Source: Candidatus Moraniibacteriota bacterium
GTDB lineage: Bacteria > Patescibacteriota > Minisyncoccia > Moranbacterales > UBA2206
Direction of reading: 5' to 3'
Assembly: GCA_049303795.1 (NCBI GenBank)
Contig: JBAQNM010000013.1
Coordinates: forward strand, 78,415-142,414
DNA length: 64,000 nucleotides
Below the pieces are notes generated by a model. It searched no databases. It was not told the origin of the DNA and worked only from the letters and a program-made list of their open reading frames with translations. Position numbers and translations under genes: made by a program. Positions 1 to 8,087 of this stretch are shown here, in pieces. Each line of letters begins with the position of its first letter. The stretch's first letter is position 1.

Positions 1-832
1 TTAAATAGTATGGATCAACAGGAATACAATGTCCGCCGACACCTCGGCTTGGAAAATGAGCCATAAAAGCAAAAGGTTTTGTGGCGGCGCCTTCAATCAC
101 ATTTTTCACATTAATATCCATCTTGTCAAAACTCTTAGCTAGCTCATTGACAAAGGCAATATTGATATCGCGAAAAGAATTTTCCACTACTTTACAAGCC
201 TCAGCCTCTTTAATCGATCCCATTGGTTTTATCGGTGCGTCAATAATGGATTCATAGAAAGCTTGGGTGAGAGCCAATCCTTTTTTAGTTGTCGAACCAA
301 CTACACGAGCAATGTTGGATACATTAAAGCCTTTACTAATTGCATCTTTCCCGGGATTAATTCTTTCCGGACAATGAGCAATAAAATAATCTTTACCGTC
401 AACTAATTTAGCTTTTTCAAATAAAGGCATAAGCACTTCTTCACAAACACCAGGATTGATAGTGGACTCAACAACGATTAATTGTTTGGCTTTTCTATTT
501 TTTATAATCATTTCAATAGCCGAAACGAGTGGTTCAAAAATTGGATAGAATTTTTCATCAACTGGAGTAGGCACGCAAACAATTACAATATCAGCTTTCT
601 TGATTACAGAAGGATCAGTCGATGCATTAATTTTTGAAAGCATCTTTTTTCTCTTTTCAATAAATTCTTCTTTGAAAGGACTTTTTCCGCTCTTTATTGT
701 TTCAACTTTTTTTTCGTCCAAATCGAGCCCATAAACTTCGTAACCTTTTTCAGCGGTTCTTAACGCCAAAGGGAGACCAACATAGCCCAAGCCTATGACA
801 GCAACTTTTTTAGTCTTTTTTTCGTTTTTCAT
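1..832 (-). CDS. Nucleotide-sugar dehydrogenase (UDP-GlcNAc/UDP-glucose 6-dehydrogenase, WbpA/TviB-like); C-terminus lies beyond the window edge
   Basis: Reverse-strand translation from the ATG at 832-830 gives MKNEKKTKKVAVIGLGYVGLPLAL... (N-terminal Rossmann GxGxxG) and ends GGHCIPVDPYYL, the catalytic-Cys motif of the WbpA/TviB dehydrogenase family. The ORF runs open to position 1. Confidence 0.8.
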   Translation of the reverse strand, partial: MKNEKKTKKVAVIGLGYVGLPLALRTAEKGYEVYGLDLDEKKVETIKSGKSPFKEEFIEKRKKMLSKINASTDPSVIKKADIVIVCVPTPVDEKFYPIFEPLVSAIEMIIKNRKAKQLIVVESTINPGVCEEVLMPLFEKAKLVDGKDYFIAHCPERINPGKDAISKGFNVSNIARVVGSTTKKGLALTQAFYESIIDAPIKPMGSIKEAEACKVVENSFRDINIAFVNELAKSFDKMDINVKNVIEGAATKPFAFMAHFPSRGVGGHCIPVDPYYL

Positions 833-993
833 ATAAATAGTGTTTTTTTAATGTTTATTCCTAACTACTTAATAAAGCATACTGCAAAAAGAGGTTTTTG
901 CAAATAGGCGGATAGGGTAGCGCGGGGATTTGAATAATTCGGTTAAATCAGGTAATATTAAAATAATTAAGCATAATTTAATAAAATACTACT

Positions 994-2502
994 ATGTCGA
1001 ATAAAGATAACACTGACAACAAAGAAGAAAAAAAAGTTATTAATGACAAAATCACTCCCCGTAGCGTTGATTATTCAAAATGGTACCTCGATGTTATCGC
1101 TGCCGCAGAGTTATCAGATAATTCACCGGTGAGAGGTTGTATGGTAATTCGTCCTAATGGTTATGCTATCTGGGAAAATATTCAAAAAGTTTTGGATGCC
1201 ATGATCAAAGAAACCGGAGTGGTTAATGCTTATTTTCCTTTATTTATTCCCAAAAGTTTTTTTGAAGCGGAAGCTGCACATGTAGAAGGTTTTGCAAAGG
1301 AATGTGCCATTGTAACTCATCACCGTCTCAAGAATGATGGAAACGGCAAACTGTTGCCTGATGGAGAATTAGACGAGCCGCTTATTGTGAGGCCAACTTC
1401 AGAAACAATTATCTATCATATGTATGCAAAATGGATTAATTCCCATCGAGATTTACCACTTCTGCTTAATCAATGGTGTAATGTGGTTCGTTGGGAATTA
1501 CGCACGCGTCCTTTTCTTAGAACTACAGAATTTTTATGGCAAGAGGGACACACTGCTCATGCAACAAAAGCAGAAGCTGATGAGGAAACACTTAAAATGA
1601 TTGATATTTATCGAAAATTCTCCGAAGAATATTTGGCAATGCCTGTAATTGCTGGAATGAAATCCGAATCGGAGAAATTTGCCGGTGCTGAATATACGAC
1701 AACTATTGAAGCGATGATGCAAGATGGAAAAGCACTTCAATCAGGAACTTCTCATATGTTAGGTCAAAATTTTGCTAAAGCTTTTAAAGTTAAATTTTCA
1801 GATGAGAATGGTCAGGAGCAGTTAGTTTGGCAAACAAGTTGGGGAGTGAGTACGCGCATCTTGGGCGGACTCATTATGATACATAGTGATGATAAGGGCC
1901 TTGTTCTTCCTCCAAAAATCGCTCCGACACAAGTCGTGATTATTCCAATTCGTGGTTCGGATAATAATAGTGAATTGACAACAGCCAAAGCTAACGAGTT
2001 CGCTTCAGAGCTTCGTTTGGCTGGGCACACTGTCGTTGTTGATGCTCGCGATGAAAGACCAGGAGCAAAATATTTTGAATGGGAGAGAAAAGGCATTCCG
2101 GTTCGCATTGAGGTTGGACCAAAAGATATGGCAAATAAATCAGCCATGCTTGTTCGTCGCGACACTGGTGAAAAAATGGTTGTTAATGAAGATGTTTTAG
2201 TCCAAAGTGTAAAAGACCTGTTCGAAGCAATTCAAAATAATCTTTTTGCAAAAGCGTTGGCTTTTCGTAATGAAAACACTCGCGATGTTAATTCCTATGA
2301 AGAATTTAAAGAAATTCTGGAGGCTAAAGGGGGATTTCTTAAAGCGCATTGGTGTGGTGACGCAAATTGTGAAGCTAAAATCAAAGAAGAAACTAAGGCG
2401 ACGACAAGATGTATTCCTTTCGATCAAAAGGAAGAAGATGGTCAATGTGTTTATTGTGGAAAAAAATCTTCGAAGCGAATAATTTTTGCAAAAGCGTATT
2501 AA
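994..2502 (+). CDS. proS: Prolyl-tRNA synthetase, archaeal/eukaryotic-type class II with C-terminal Zn-binding domain
   Basis: 502 aa. Class II motifs and the anticodon-binding region are present. The C-terminal [13 protein letters not shown]...CVYCG cysteine cluster is typical of ProRS of this type. Confidence 0.9.
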   Translation: MSNKDNTDNKEEKKVINDKITPRSVDYSKWYLDVIAAAELSDNSPVRGCMVIRPNGYAIWENIQKVLDAMIKETGVVNAYFPLFIPKSFFEAEAAHVEGFAKECAIVTHHRLKNDGNGKLLPDGELDEPLIVRPTSETIIYHMYAKWINSHRDLPLLLNQWCNVVRWELRTRPFLRTTEFLWQEGHTAHATKAEADEETLKMIDIYRKFSEEYLAMPVIAGMKSESEKFAGAEYTTTIEAMMQDGKALQSGTSHMLGQNFAKAFKVKFSDENGQEQLVWQTSWGVSTRILGGLIMIHSDDKGLVLPPKIAPTQVVIIPIRGSDNNSELTTAKANEFASELRLAGHTVVVDARDERPGAKYFEWERKGIPVRIEVGPKDMANKSAMLVRRDTGEKMVVNEDVLVQSVKDLFEAIQNNLFAKALAFRNENTRDVNSYEEFKEILEAKGGFLKAHWCGDANCEAKIKEETKATTRCIPFDQKEEDGQCVYCGKKSSKRIIFAKAY

Positions 2503-2538
2503 ATTTATAGTTGTATCGAAAAAATAAAATATTTTTTC

Positions 2539-2568
2539 TTGCTACTTTTTAACTTAGTATGCTATAAT
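2539..2568 (+). promoter_or_regulatory. Sigma70-like promoter (TTGCTA, 18 nt spacer, TATAAT) driving mini transcription unit 1
   Basis: -35 at 2539-2544 and a perfect -10 TATAAT at 2563-2568, read directly from the sequence. Confidence 0.5.
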
Positions 2569-2598
2569 GTTGGCGTAAGGAAAGGGGGGGACAGATAT

Positions 2599-2682
2599 AT
2601 GTTGAAATTTTCCAGAAACAATTTAACGATACTCGAAATGTGTTATCAGATAGATAGCACAGTAGTTGGTTTTTTAAATTGA
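2599..2682 (+). CDS. Mini-ORF 1 (27 aa, MLKFSRNNLTILEMCYQIDSTVVGFLN); may instead be a non-coding sRNA
   Basis: ATG lies 9 nt downstream of a G7 run (2584-2590). The ORF sits between a consensus promoter and an intrinsic terminator. It is absent from the ORF track because it is under 60 aa. Confidence 0.3.
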   Translation: MLKFSRNNLTILEMCYQIDSTVVGFLN

Positions 2683-2693
2683 ATAGTTTTCCA

Positions 2694-2720
2694 AAAAACG
2701 CTGTGTGGCGTTTTTTTTTG
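2694..2720 (+). terminator. Intrinsic terminator (AACGC-TGTGTG-GCGTT followed by T9)
   Basis: Stem-loop plus U-run at 2697-2719. Confidence 0.6.
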
Positions 2721-2761
2721 TAGTTAAAGTGGCAATAGAAAGCCATTTAAAGCGTTTTGTC

Positions 2762-2790
2762 TTGACAAAATTGATTTTATCTGCTATTAT
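2762..2790 (+). promoter_or_regulatory. Sigma70-like promoter (TTGACA, 17 nt spacer, TATTAT) driving mini transcription unit 2
   Basis: Consensus -35 at 2762-2767 and -10 at 2785-2790. Confidence 0.55.
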
Positions 2791-2833
2791 TCCAAGTCAA
2801 TTTTAATAGGCAAGCAGTGGGGGGGGTAAGATT

Positions 2834-2911
2834 ATGAAAATGCTTAAAGTAAAATTAATAGGTTCCAAATCAACAAAACCAATCGTTTCTGTTATTGAGG
2901 TTTTGATTTAA
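2834..2911 (+). CDS. Mini-ORF 2 (25 aa, MKMLKVKLIGSKSTKPIVSVIEVLI); may instead be a non-coding sRNA
   Basis: ATG lies 7 nt downstream of a G8 run (2819-2826). Flanked by a consensus promoter and a terminator, with the same architecture and transcript length (~145 nt) as unit 1. Confidence 0.3.
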   Translation: MKMLKVKLIGSKSTKPIVSVIEVLI

Positions 2912-2920
2912 ATATTTACT

Positions 2921-2945
2921 AAACCGCTTTTTTGCGGTTTTTTTA
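2921..2945 (+). terminator. Intrinsic terminator (AAACCGC-TTTTTT-GCGGTTT followed by T-run)
   Basis: Perfect 7-bp stem at 2921-2940 followed by Ts. Confidence 0.65.
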
Positions 2946-2983
2946 TTGAAATAGTATTAATTAGTTTAGGTAAATAAAATTAT

Positions 2984-4012
2984 ATGGGTTTAAAAAAATC
3001 TGATCTACTAAAAAGTGAAGTAAAGCACATTGATATCAAAAAAATTGATGCAACTAATATTGTTGAATCAATGAAGAATATGTCGTTTACTGCGAGAGAT
3101 TTAGCTAGAGGTGCTGAAATTTTCAATCAAATGTTAGAGGATAAGGACTGTGTAACAATCTTAACTTTAGCTGGAAGTTCAAGTGCAGCAGGATGTATGC
3201 AGGTCTATGTTGATATGATAAAAAATAACATGATTGATGTTGTTGTTTCAACAGGTGCCAGTATTGTAGATATGGATTTTTTTGAAGCCTTGGGTTTTAA
3301 GCATTATAAAGGAACATCAACAATTGACGATACTCTCCTGCGAGGATTGTATATTGATAGAATTTATGACACATTTATTGACGAAGATGAATTGCAAAAA
3401 TGTGATTTAGTTATTGAAGAAATTGCCAATAGTCTTGATCCAAAAGCCTATTCTTCTCGAGAATTTATTTGGGAAATGGGAAAATATCTTTCAAAGCATG
3501 CTAAAAAGAAAGATTCTTTAGTTCAGGCTGCCTATGAAAACAACGTTCCAATTTTCTGTCCAGCTTTTTCTGACTCTAGCGCTGGCTTTGGCTTAGTAGT
3601 ACATCAAGTTAAAAATCCTGATAATCATATTTCTATCGATTCAGTGAAAGATTTTAGAGAGTTGACTGAAATAAAGATAAAATCAGGAAACACCGGAATG
3701 TTTATTATTGGCGGTGGTGTTCCAAAAAATTTCACACAGGATACAATTATTTGCGCAGAAACATTAGGACATACAGTTCCTATGCATAGATATGCAGTGC
3801 AGATTACCGTAGCTGATGTTCGTGATGGAGCTTGCTCCAGTTCAACCTTGAAGGAAGCTAGTTCATGGGGCAAGGTGGGAACCGCTTTTGAGCAAATGGT
3901 TTTTGCTGAAGCGACTTCCGTTCTGCCTTTAATGGCCAGCTATGTTTACCATAAAGGAGCTTGGAAAAACAGAAAGAAGCACGAATTAGCTAAAATGTTT
4001 GAGAAAAAATAA
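2984..4012 (+). CDS. Deoxyhypusine synthase-like protein (DHS family)
   Basis: 342 aa. VPIFCPAFSDSSAG matches the IPVFSPALTDGSLG motif, GMFIIGGGVPKNF matches GMIILGGGVVKHH, and EASSWGKV matches the catalytic-lysine motif EAVSWGKI of eukaryotic and archaeal DHS. Confidence 0.8.
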   Translation: MGLKKSDLLKSEVKHIDIKKIDATNIVESMKNMSFTARDLARGAEIFNQMLEDKDCVTILTLAGSSSAAGCMQVYVDMIKNNMIDVVVSTGASIVDMDFFEALGFKHYKGTSTIDDTLLRGLYIDRIYDTFIDEDELQKCDLVIEEIANSLDPKAYSSREFIWEMGKYLSKHAKKKDSLVQAAYENNVPIFCPAFSDSSAGFGLVVHQVKNPDNHISIDSVKDFRELTEIKIKSGNTGMFIIGGGVPKNFTQDTIICAETLGHTVPMHRYAVQITVADVRDGACSSSTLKEASSWGKVGTAFEQMVFAEATSVLPLMASYVYHKGAWKNRKKHELAKMFEKK

Positions 4013-4157
4013 AGATACTTCAAATCAAGAAAAAGCTTAAAAGAAAGTCATTTTCCTTGATTTCCTAAATAGGCCAGTTTTAAGGCCTGTTTTTGTGTAC
4101 TTAAAAATATCACGACTTATCTCTTGCTTTATATAAGCCAACAATATCTTACTGTGT

Positions 4158-4186
4158 TTGACAAAAAGGCATTTTAGGTGTATAAT
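4158..4186 (+). promoter_or_regulatory. Consensus sigma70 promoter (TTGACA, 17 nt spacer, tgTATAAT) upstream of the 4256 gene
   Basis: -35 at 4158-4163 and extended -10 at 4179-4186. RBS TAGGAGGG precedes the ATG at 4256. Confidence 0.6.
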
Positions 4187-4255
4187 TAAAAATCACTTAG
4201 CATAGGGCTTTGTGGTGAGTTACTTAAAAATAAAATATTTCCATAGGAGGGTGAA

Positions 4256-5257
4256 ATGCATATTCCAATGTGGTTGCTGTTTGCATTAATTTCGCCCTTC
4301 GCCAACGCCCTGGTGAATGTCGTAGATGTGTATTTTGCAAAGGGCGTATATGAAAATGAGTGGGACGGTGCTGCGGTCAGTTGTATGTTTAAGGTTTTTG
4401 TATTGCCCGCTCTGCTCATCTGGGTAGTTTGGCAAGGGGAATCCCAAATCGTTTTGAGTCAATTTTCCGAAATTGACAAAAATCTTTTTGGACTGGCATT
4501 TATCGGAGGGATATTTTATTCTCTCTCCAGTTACTTCTATTTCCGGGCAGTGATGTCTGGAAAAGCTGATGTAGTTTTCATTGAAGCCCTGTTCAACTTA
4601 ACGGCTGTGTTTGTTCCAGTGCTAGCAGTTCTTGTACTGGGCAAAGTTTTAACGGTCAATCAATGGATTGGGGTAGTCCTGGCATGCCTAGGAGCATTCG
4701 TGCTCTATGTCAGAGCTCAGGACTTGTCGGTGGAAAATCTCATTGGAAAGAAAACAGCATCGATGATTATGGCTTCAATTTGTCTTTCAATTTGTATTGT
4801 AATTGAAAACAAAGTTTATGAAGCTGCTCCGTTCATTCCCATTTTCTGCGTATTCTCTTGTGGATGTTTTATGACCGGATGCTCGTATGCTGTTGTGCGG
4901 AAAATGAAAAAAATGCAAAGTCTGAGCGGACTTTGCCGAAGATTTTTTCTCATTTTCATTATTATGGAAACTCTAGAGCTGATTGGTGTGCTCAACCAAG
5001 AACTCGCGCTGTCGATGACGGAATCGTATCACGTCTCTACGGTGTATTGTTTCCAGCCAGTATTCGCGCTAGTAATATCCGGTATGATGCTGGTCATATT
5101 CTCAACCATCGCCTTGTTTCCGAAAAGATTTCGGAAGCTTCAGGTGAAACTGAATGGACTTGCCAAAGAAGTTCATGCAGATCAGGCAGGCAACCTTTGG
5201 GCGAAAGCTTTCGGTATCGTGGCTATAACTATAGCTGTGATATTGGTTAGCTGTTAG
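4256..5257 (+). CDS. Polytopic membrane protein (~10 TM), possible DMT/EamA-like transporter; compositionally GC-rich relative to its neighbours
   Basis: 333 aa of hydrophobic repeats. Local GC is visibly higher than the flanking genes, and a spurious 130-aa overlapping ORF (4858-5250) appears in another frame, which is typical of higher GC. Confidence 0.5.
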   Translation: MHIPMWLLFALISPFANALVNVVDVYFAKGVYENEWDGAAVSCMFKVFVLPALLIWVVWQGESQIVLSQFSEIDKNLFGLAFIGGIFYSLSSYFYFRAVMSGKADVVFIEALFNLTAVFVPVLAVLVLGKVLTVNQWIGVVLACLGAFVLYVRAQDLSVENLIGKKTASMIMASICLSICIVIENKVYEAAPFIPIFCVFSCGCFMTGCSYAVVRKMKKMQSLSGLCRRFFLIFIIMETLELIGVLNQELALSMTESYHVSTVYCFQPVFALVISGMMLVIFSTIALFPKRFRKLQVKLNGLAKEVHADQAGNLWAKAFGIVAITIAVILVSC

Positions 5258-5291
5258 TCAGCGGTGAAATTAACTTTTCACCGCTTTTTTT
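5258..5291 (+). terminator. Intrinsic terminator (CAGCGGTGAAA...TTTCACCGCT followed by T7)
   Basis: 10-bp stem lies immediately after the stop codon at 5255-5257. Confidence 0.7.
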
Positions 5292-5292
5292 A

Positions 5293-5522
5293 TCTAAAAA
5301 TAGTTAGGTTATTTTTATTCTTGACGCTACGCTATAATTCATGCGATACTAAGCTTAGCGATATGCAAAATAATCACATAACAAAAAGAAGTTGTTGTTG
5401 TCTCGATATTAATATCTCGAGAAATTTTTGTTTTTGATTAAATAAGTTTAAAGATAGCTAAGCAAAAAATATTTCTCGAGACAATCGAGATTTTTTAATT
5501 TAATAAATAATAATTTAATTTT
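5293..5522 (+). promoter_or_regulatory. Structured leader upstream of cysteine synthase, with a -10 TATAAT at 5334-5339 and two terminator-like hairpins built from the same TCTCGA/TCGAGA arms (5401-5423 and 5474-5496)
   Basis: TCTCGA(5401)...TCGAGA(5418) followed by a T-rich tract. TCTCGAGA(5474)-CAA-TCGAGA(5485) followed by T6, ending ~30 nt before the ATG. Confidence 0.4.
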
Positions 5523-6425
5523 ATGATTTACAATAACATATTAGGACTAATTGGAAATACGCCGATGGTAAAAATTAATAAGTTTAAACTAAAAAAAGGA
5601 GTTGAAATTTTTGCTAAATTGGAAGGTGCCAATCCCGGAGGAAGTATTAAAGACAGGATTGCTTTGAAGATGATCCAAGAAGCAATTAAAAAAGGAAAAC
5701 TGACCAAGAAAAAAATTATCATTGAGCCGACTTCTGGCAATACTGGAATTGGTCTAGCTATGATCGGAACTATTTTGGGCTATTCAGTGGAAATCGTGAT
5801 GAGTGAATCCGTTTCAGTTGAAAGGCGAAAAATGATTGAAGCGTTTGGCGCTAAAATAATCCTAACTGATCCTGAGAAAGGGACGGACGGGGCAATCCTA
5901 AAAGCGCGGGAATTGGTCAGAAAAAATCCAAGGATATATTTCATGCCCGATCAATTTTCCAATAAGAATAATAAGTTGGCACATTATGAAGCGACGGCTA
6001 AAGAAATTTGGGCAGATATGAACGGAAAAATAGATTATTTAGTTTCTTCGATTGGAACTTCTGGCACGATAATGGGAGTGCGTGAATATCTGAAAAAACT
6101 AAATCCAAAAATAAAAATAGTTTGTGCTTATCCGGAAAAAGGCCACTACATTCAAGGACTTAAAAACATGGAAGAGGCGATTGTGCCAAAATTATATGAT
6201 AAAAATAAGATTGATGAGTTTATTACCATTCCAACCGAAAAAGCTTTTGAAATAGCAAGAGCCTTAGCTAGAAAGGAAGGTCTTTTTGTTGGCATGTCGA
6301 GTGGAGCGGCAATGCTGGGGGCACTAGAGATTGCCAAGAAAATTCGTTCTGGAAGAATCGTAGTCATTTTTCCAGATAGGGGGGAAAAATATTTGAGTAC
6401 GGAGTTGTTTGATAGGGCCGATTAA
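5523..6425 (+). CDS. cysK: Cysteine synthase / O-acetylserine sulfhydrylase family (PLP-dependent, CysK/CysM/CBS fold)
   Basis: 300 aa. The PLP-lysine motif (GGSIKDR) and the glycine-rich loop (TSGNTGIGLA) are present. Confidence 0.8.
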   Translation: MIYNNILGLIGNTPMVKINKFKLKKGVEIFAKLEGANPGGSIKDRIALKMIQEAIKKGKLTKKKIIIEPTSGNTGIGLAMIGTILGYSVEIVMSESVSVERRKMIEAFGAKIILTDPEKGTDGAILKARELVRKNPRIYFMPDQFSNKNNKLAHYEATAKEIWADMNGKIDYLVSSIGTSGTIMGVREYLKKLNPKIKIVCAYPEKGHYIQGLKNMEEAIVPKLYDKNKIDEFITIPTEKAFEIARALARKEGLFVGMSSGAAMLGALEIAKKIRSGRIVVIFPDRGEKYLSTELFDRAD

Positions 6426-6495
6426 GGTTTGGGCTATTTAATGCTATACTTTAGTAAAGAAGTTTTTTTAATCCCCAATCAATTTTATTAAATAA

Positions 6496-7008
6496 ATGCT
6501 TATATTTTTATGGATTTTTTGGTTGCTATTGATTTCGACAGCCTACGTTTATAAAACAACGAATGCTCCATTAATTCTCAGTCCTGAAAAAGGAACAATA
6601 TTGGCGCTTGAATTTATTAATCCTCAAAAAGGCGCTATTTTTTATGATTTAGGATGTGGAACAGGGAGGACTCTTATTTTAGCAGAAAAAAAATTCGGAT
6701 TGCGTTCGACTGGCTTTGAATTGGCTATCACTTCCTATGTGGTTGGTAAAATTAATCTTTTTTTGCGCAAATCAAAAAATTCGAAAATTATTTTTAAAAA
6801 TCTTTATAGGGTGCCACTCAATAAGGTGGATATCGTTTTTTGTTTTTTAAATATCAAAGCAATGGAAAAATTAGAGGAAAAACTTGAAAAAGAAATGAAG
6901 CAGGGAGGTTGGTTGATTTCCTATTGCTTTTCCTTAAAAAAAAGAAAACCCACAAAAATTATTATTTCAAAAAATAAACATACTTTCTATCTTTATAAAT
7001 ATTTATGA
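6496..7008 (+). CDS. Class I SAM-dependent methyltransferase with N-terminal TM helix
   Basis: 170 aa. DLGCGTG motif I is present, and there is an N-terminal hydrophobic segment. Confidence 0.6.
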   Translation: MLIFLWIFWLLLISTAYVYKTTNAPLILSPEKGTILALEFINPQKGAIFYDLGCGTGRTLILAEKKFGLRSTGFELAITSYVVGKINLFLRKSKNSKIIFKNLYRVPLNKVDIVFCFLNIKAMEKLEEKLEKEMKQGGWLISYCFSLKKRKPTKIIISKNKHTFYLYKYL

Positions 7009-7100
7009 TGCAATTGGTTTGATATAAACCTTATATTACATCCTGCTTTCCAATTTTAAACAACATGCTATATTGAAGGTATCTCAAGTAGTGCCATATA

Positions 7101-7952
7101 ATGTCAATTAATATGTGCCAAATAGAAACACCTCCATTTATATTCTATTCTTATATCTCAACAATAATCCTGAGTCTTATTACCGCTTTCAGCGTTATAT
7201 ACAAAAAAATGAAGTATTCCTTAAATCGGAATGCTTTTTATTTTATTCTGATTATAGCGCTATGGACGGTTGGAGACTTGATTTTGTGGATAGCACGTTA
7301 TTCATCAATAAATCAAGTTCTTTATAGGTCATCCTATCTTATCGATTCTTTTTTTATATTTTTTCTCTATTTTGCATATGATTTCGCCGGTGAAAAATTA
7401 AGCCAGAAAAGAAAACTGATTTTTGCCTTGCCACTTTTCGTTACGATTTTTTCAGTAATTAGTGGTTATGGAATTGGGCATATGGAAAATGACACTTGTA
7501 TTTATAAACCGGGTTGGCTAATTTATTATAGTCTCCCATTTAATCTTATATATTCCATTTGGGCATCAGTCGTGCTTATAAGAAAATATAAAGATCCTAT
7601 ATTGCTTTACAGAACAAAATCACAGATTAAACCTCTAGTTTTGGCGATTATGTTTTTTGTTTTGTGGACTATCGTCTATGAAGTGATGAATATTCTCAGT
7701 GAAATGAAAAAATTAAACATAGAAATCTCATCTTACTTTGTGTTGGGCAATTTATTTTTTATTACGCTTATAATTTTTAATATCGCTGAATGTGATCTTT
7801 TCGAATTTAAACTTATTGCCAGAAAATGGTTTATATTAGTTGTTTTTTCAATTATTTTTTTTGGCATGTTTTTTCTTTCTCTTGTTCCAATGTTTTATTT
7901 GATACTACTAATATTTTATATTGTAACCGTTTGGGTTTTTTTAAAGATGTAA
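7101..7952 (+). CDS. Standalone polytopic membrane sensor-like domain, paralogous to the N-terminal domain of the histidine kinase at 8929
   Basis: 283 aa with 7-8 TM helices. ALWTVGDLILWIAR aligns with SLWSFLDLILWAQN of the HK N-terminus. No cytoplasmic output domain. Confidence 0.55.
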   Translation: MSINMCQIETPPFIFYSYISTIILSLITAFSVIYKKMKYSLNRNAFYFILIIALWTVGDLILWIARYSSINQVLYRSSYLIDSFFIFFLYFAYDFAGEKLSQKRKLIFALPLFVTIFSVISGYGIGHMENDTCIYKPGWLIYYSLPFNLIYSIWASVVLIRKYKDPILLYRTKSQIKPLVLAIMFFVLWTIVYEVMNILSEMKKLNIEISSYFVLGNLFFITLIIFNIAECDLFEFKLIARKWFILVVFSIIFFGMFFLSLVPMFYLILLIFYIVTVWVFLKM

Positions 7953-8013
7953 TGTTATGAATTGGTATCGATGGTTGTCCTTTTTTGTTTTTAAGCAAAA
8001 CTGATATTTAAAT

Positions 8014-8042
8014 TTGAACAACAACAAATAGTATGTTATAAT
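8014..8042 (+). promoter_or_regulatory. Sigma70-like promoter (TTGAAC, 17 nt spacer, TATAAT) for the PRMT-like/HK operon
   Basis: -35 at 8014-8019 and -10 at 8037-8042. Confidence 0.5.
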
Positions 8043-8087
8043 AAAAAAAATGAATCAACATTTTAACTAAATTAAATTAAATTTTTT

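Noticed and set aside
1534-2482. ORFs 1534-1740(-), 1812-2165(-), 2197-2445(-) and 2246-2482(+), all overlapping proS
   Set aside because: They are antisense or alternative-frame shadows inside a well-supported 502-aa ProRS gene. Their low-complexity, Cys/Phe-rich translations have no motifs.
2549-2746. 65-aa minus-strand ORF spanning mini transcription unit 1
   Set aside because: It runs antisense across a consensus promoter, the G-run and the terminator hairpin. The plus-strand promoter/ORF/terminator interpretation explains the sequence better.
3625-5250. ORFs 3625-3873(-), 4186-4419(-) and 4858-5250(+)
   Set aside because: They are antisense to the DHS-like gene or to the promoter/5' region of the transporter, or in an alternative frame of the GC-rich transporter gene (a high-GC artefact).
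5321-5339. TTGACG...TATAAT as a sigma70 promoter for cysK
   Set aside because: The -10 hexamer is perfect, but the spacer to TTGACG is only 7 nt. Only the -10 element is noted, within the leader feature.
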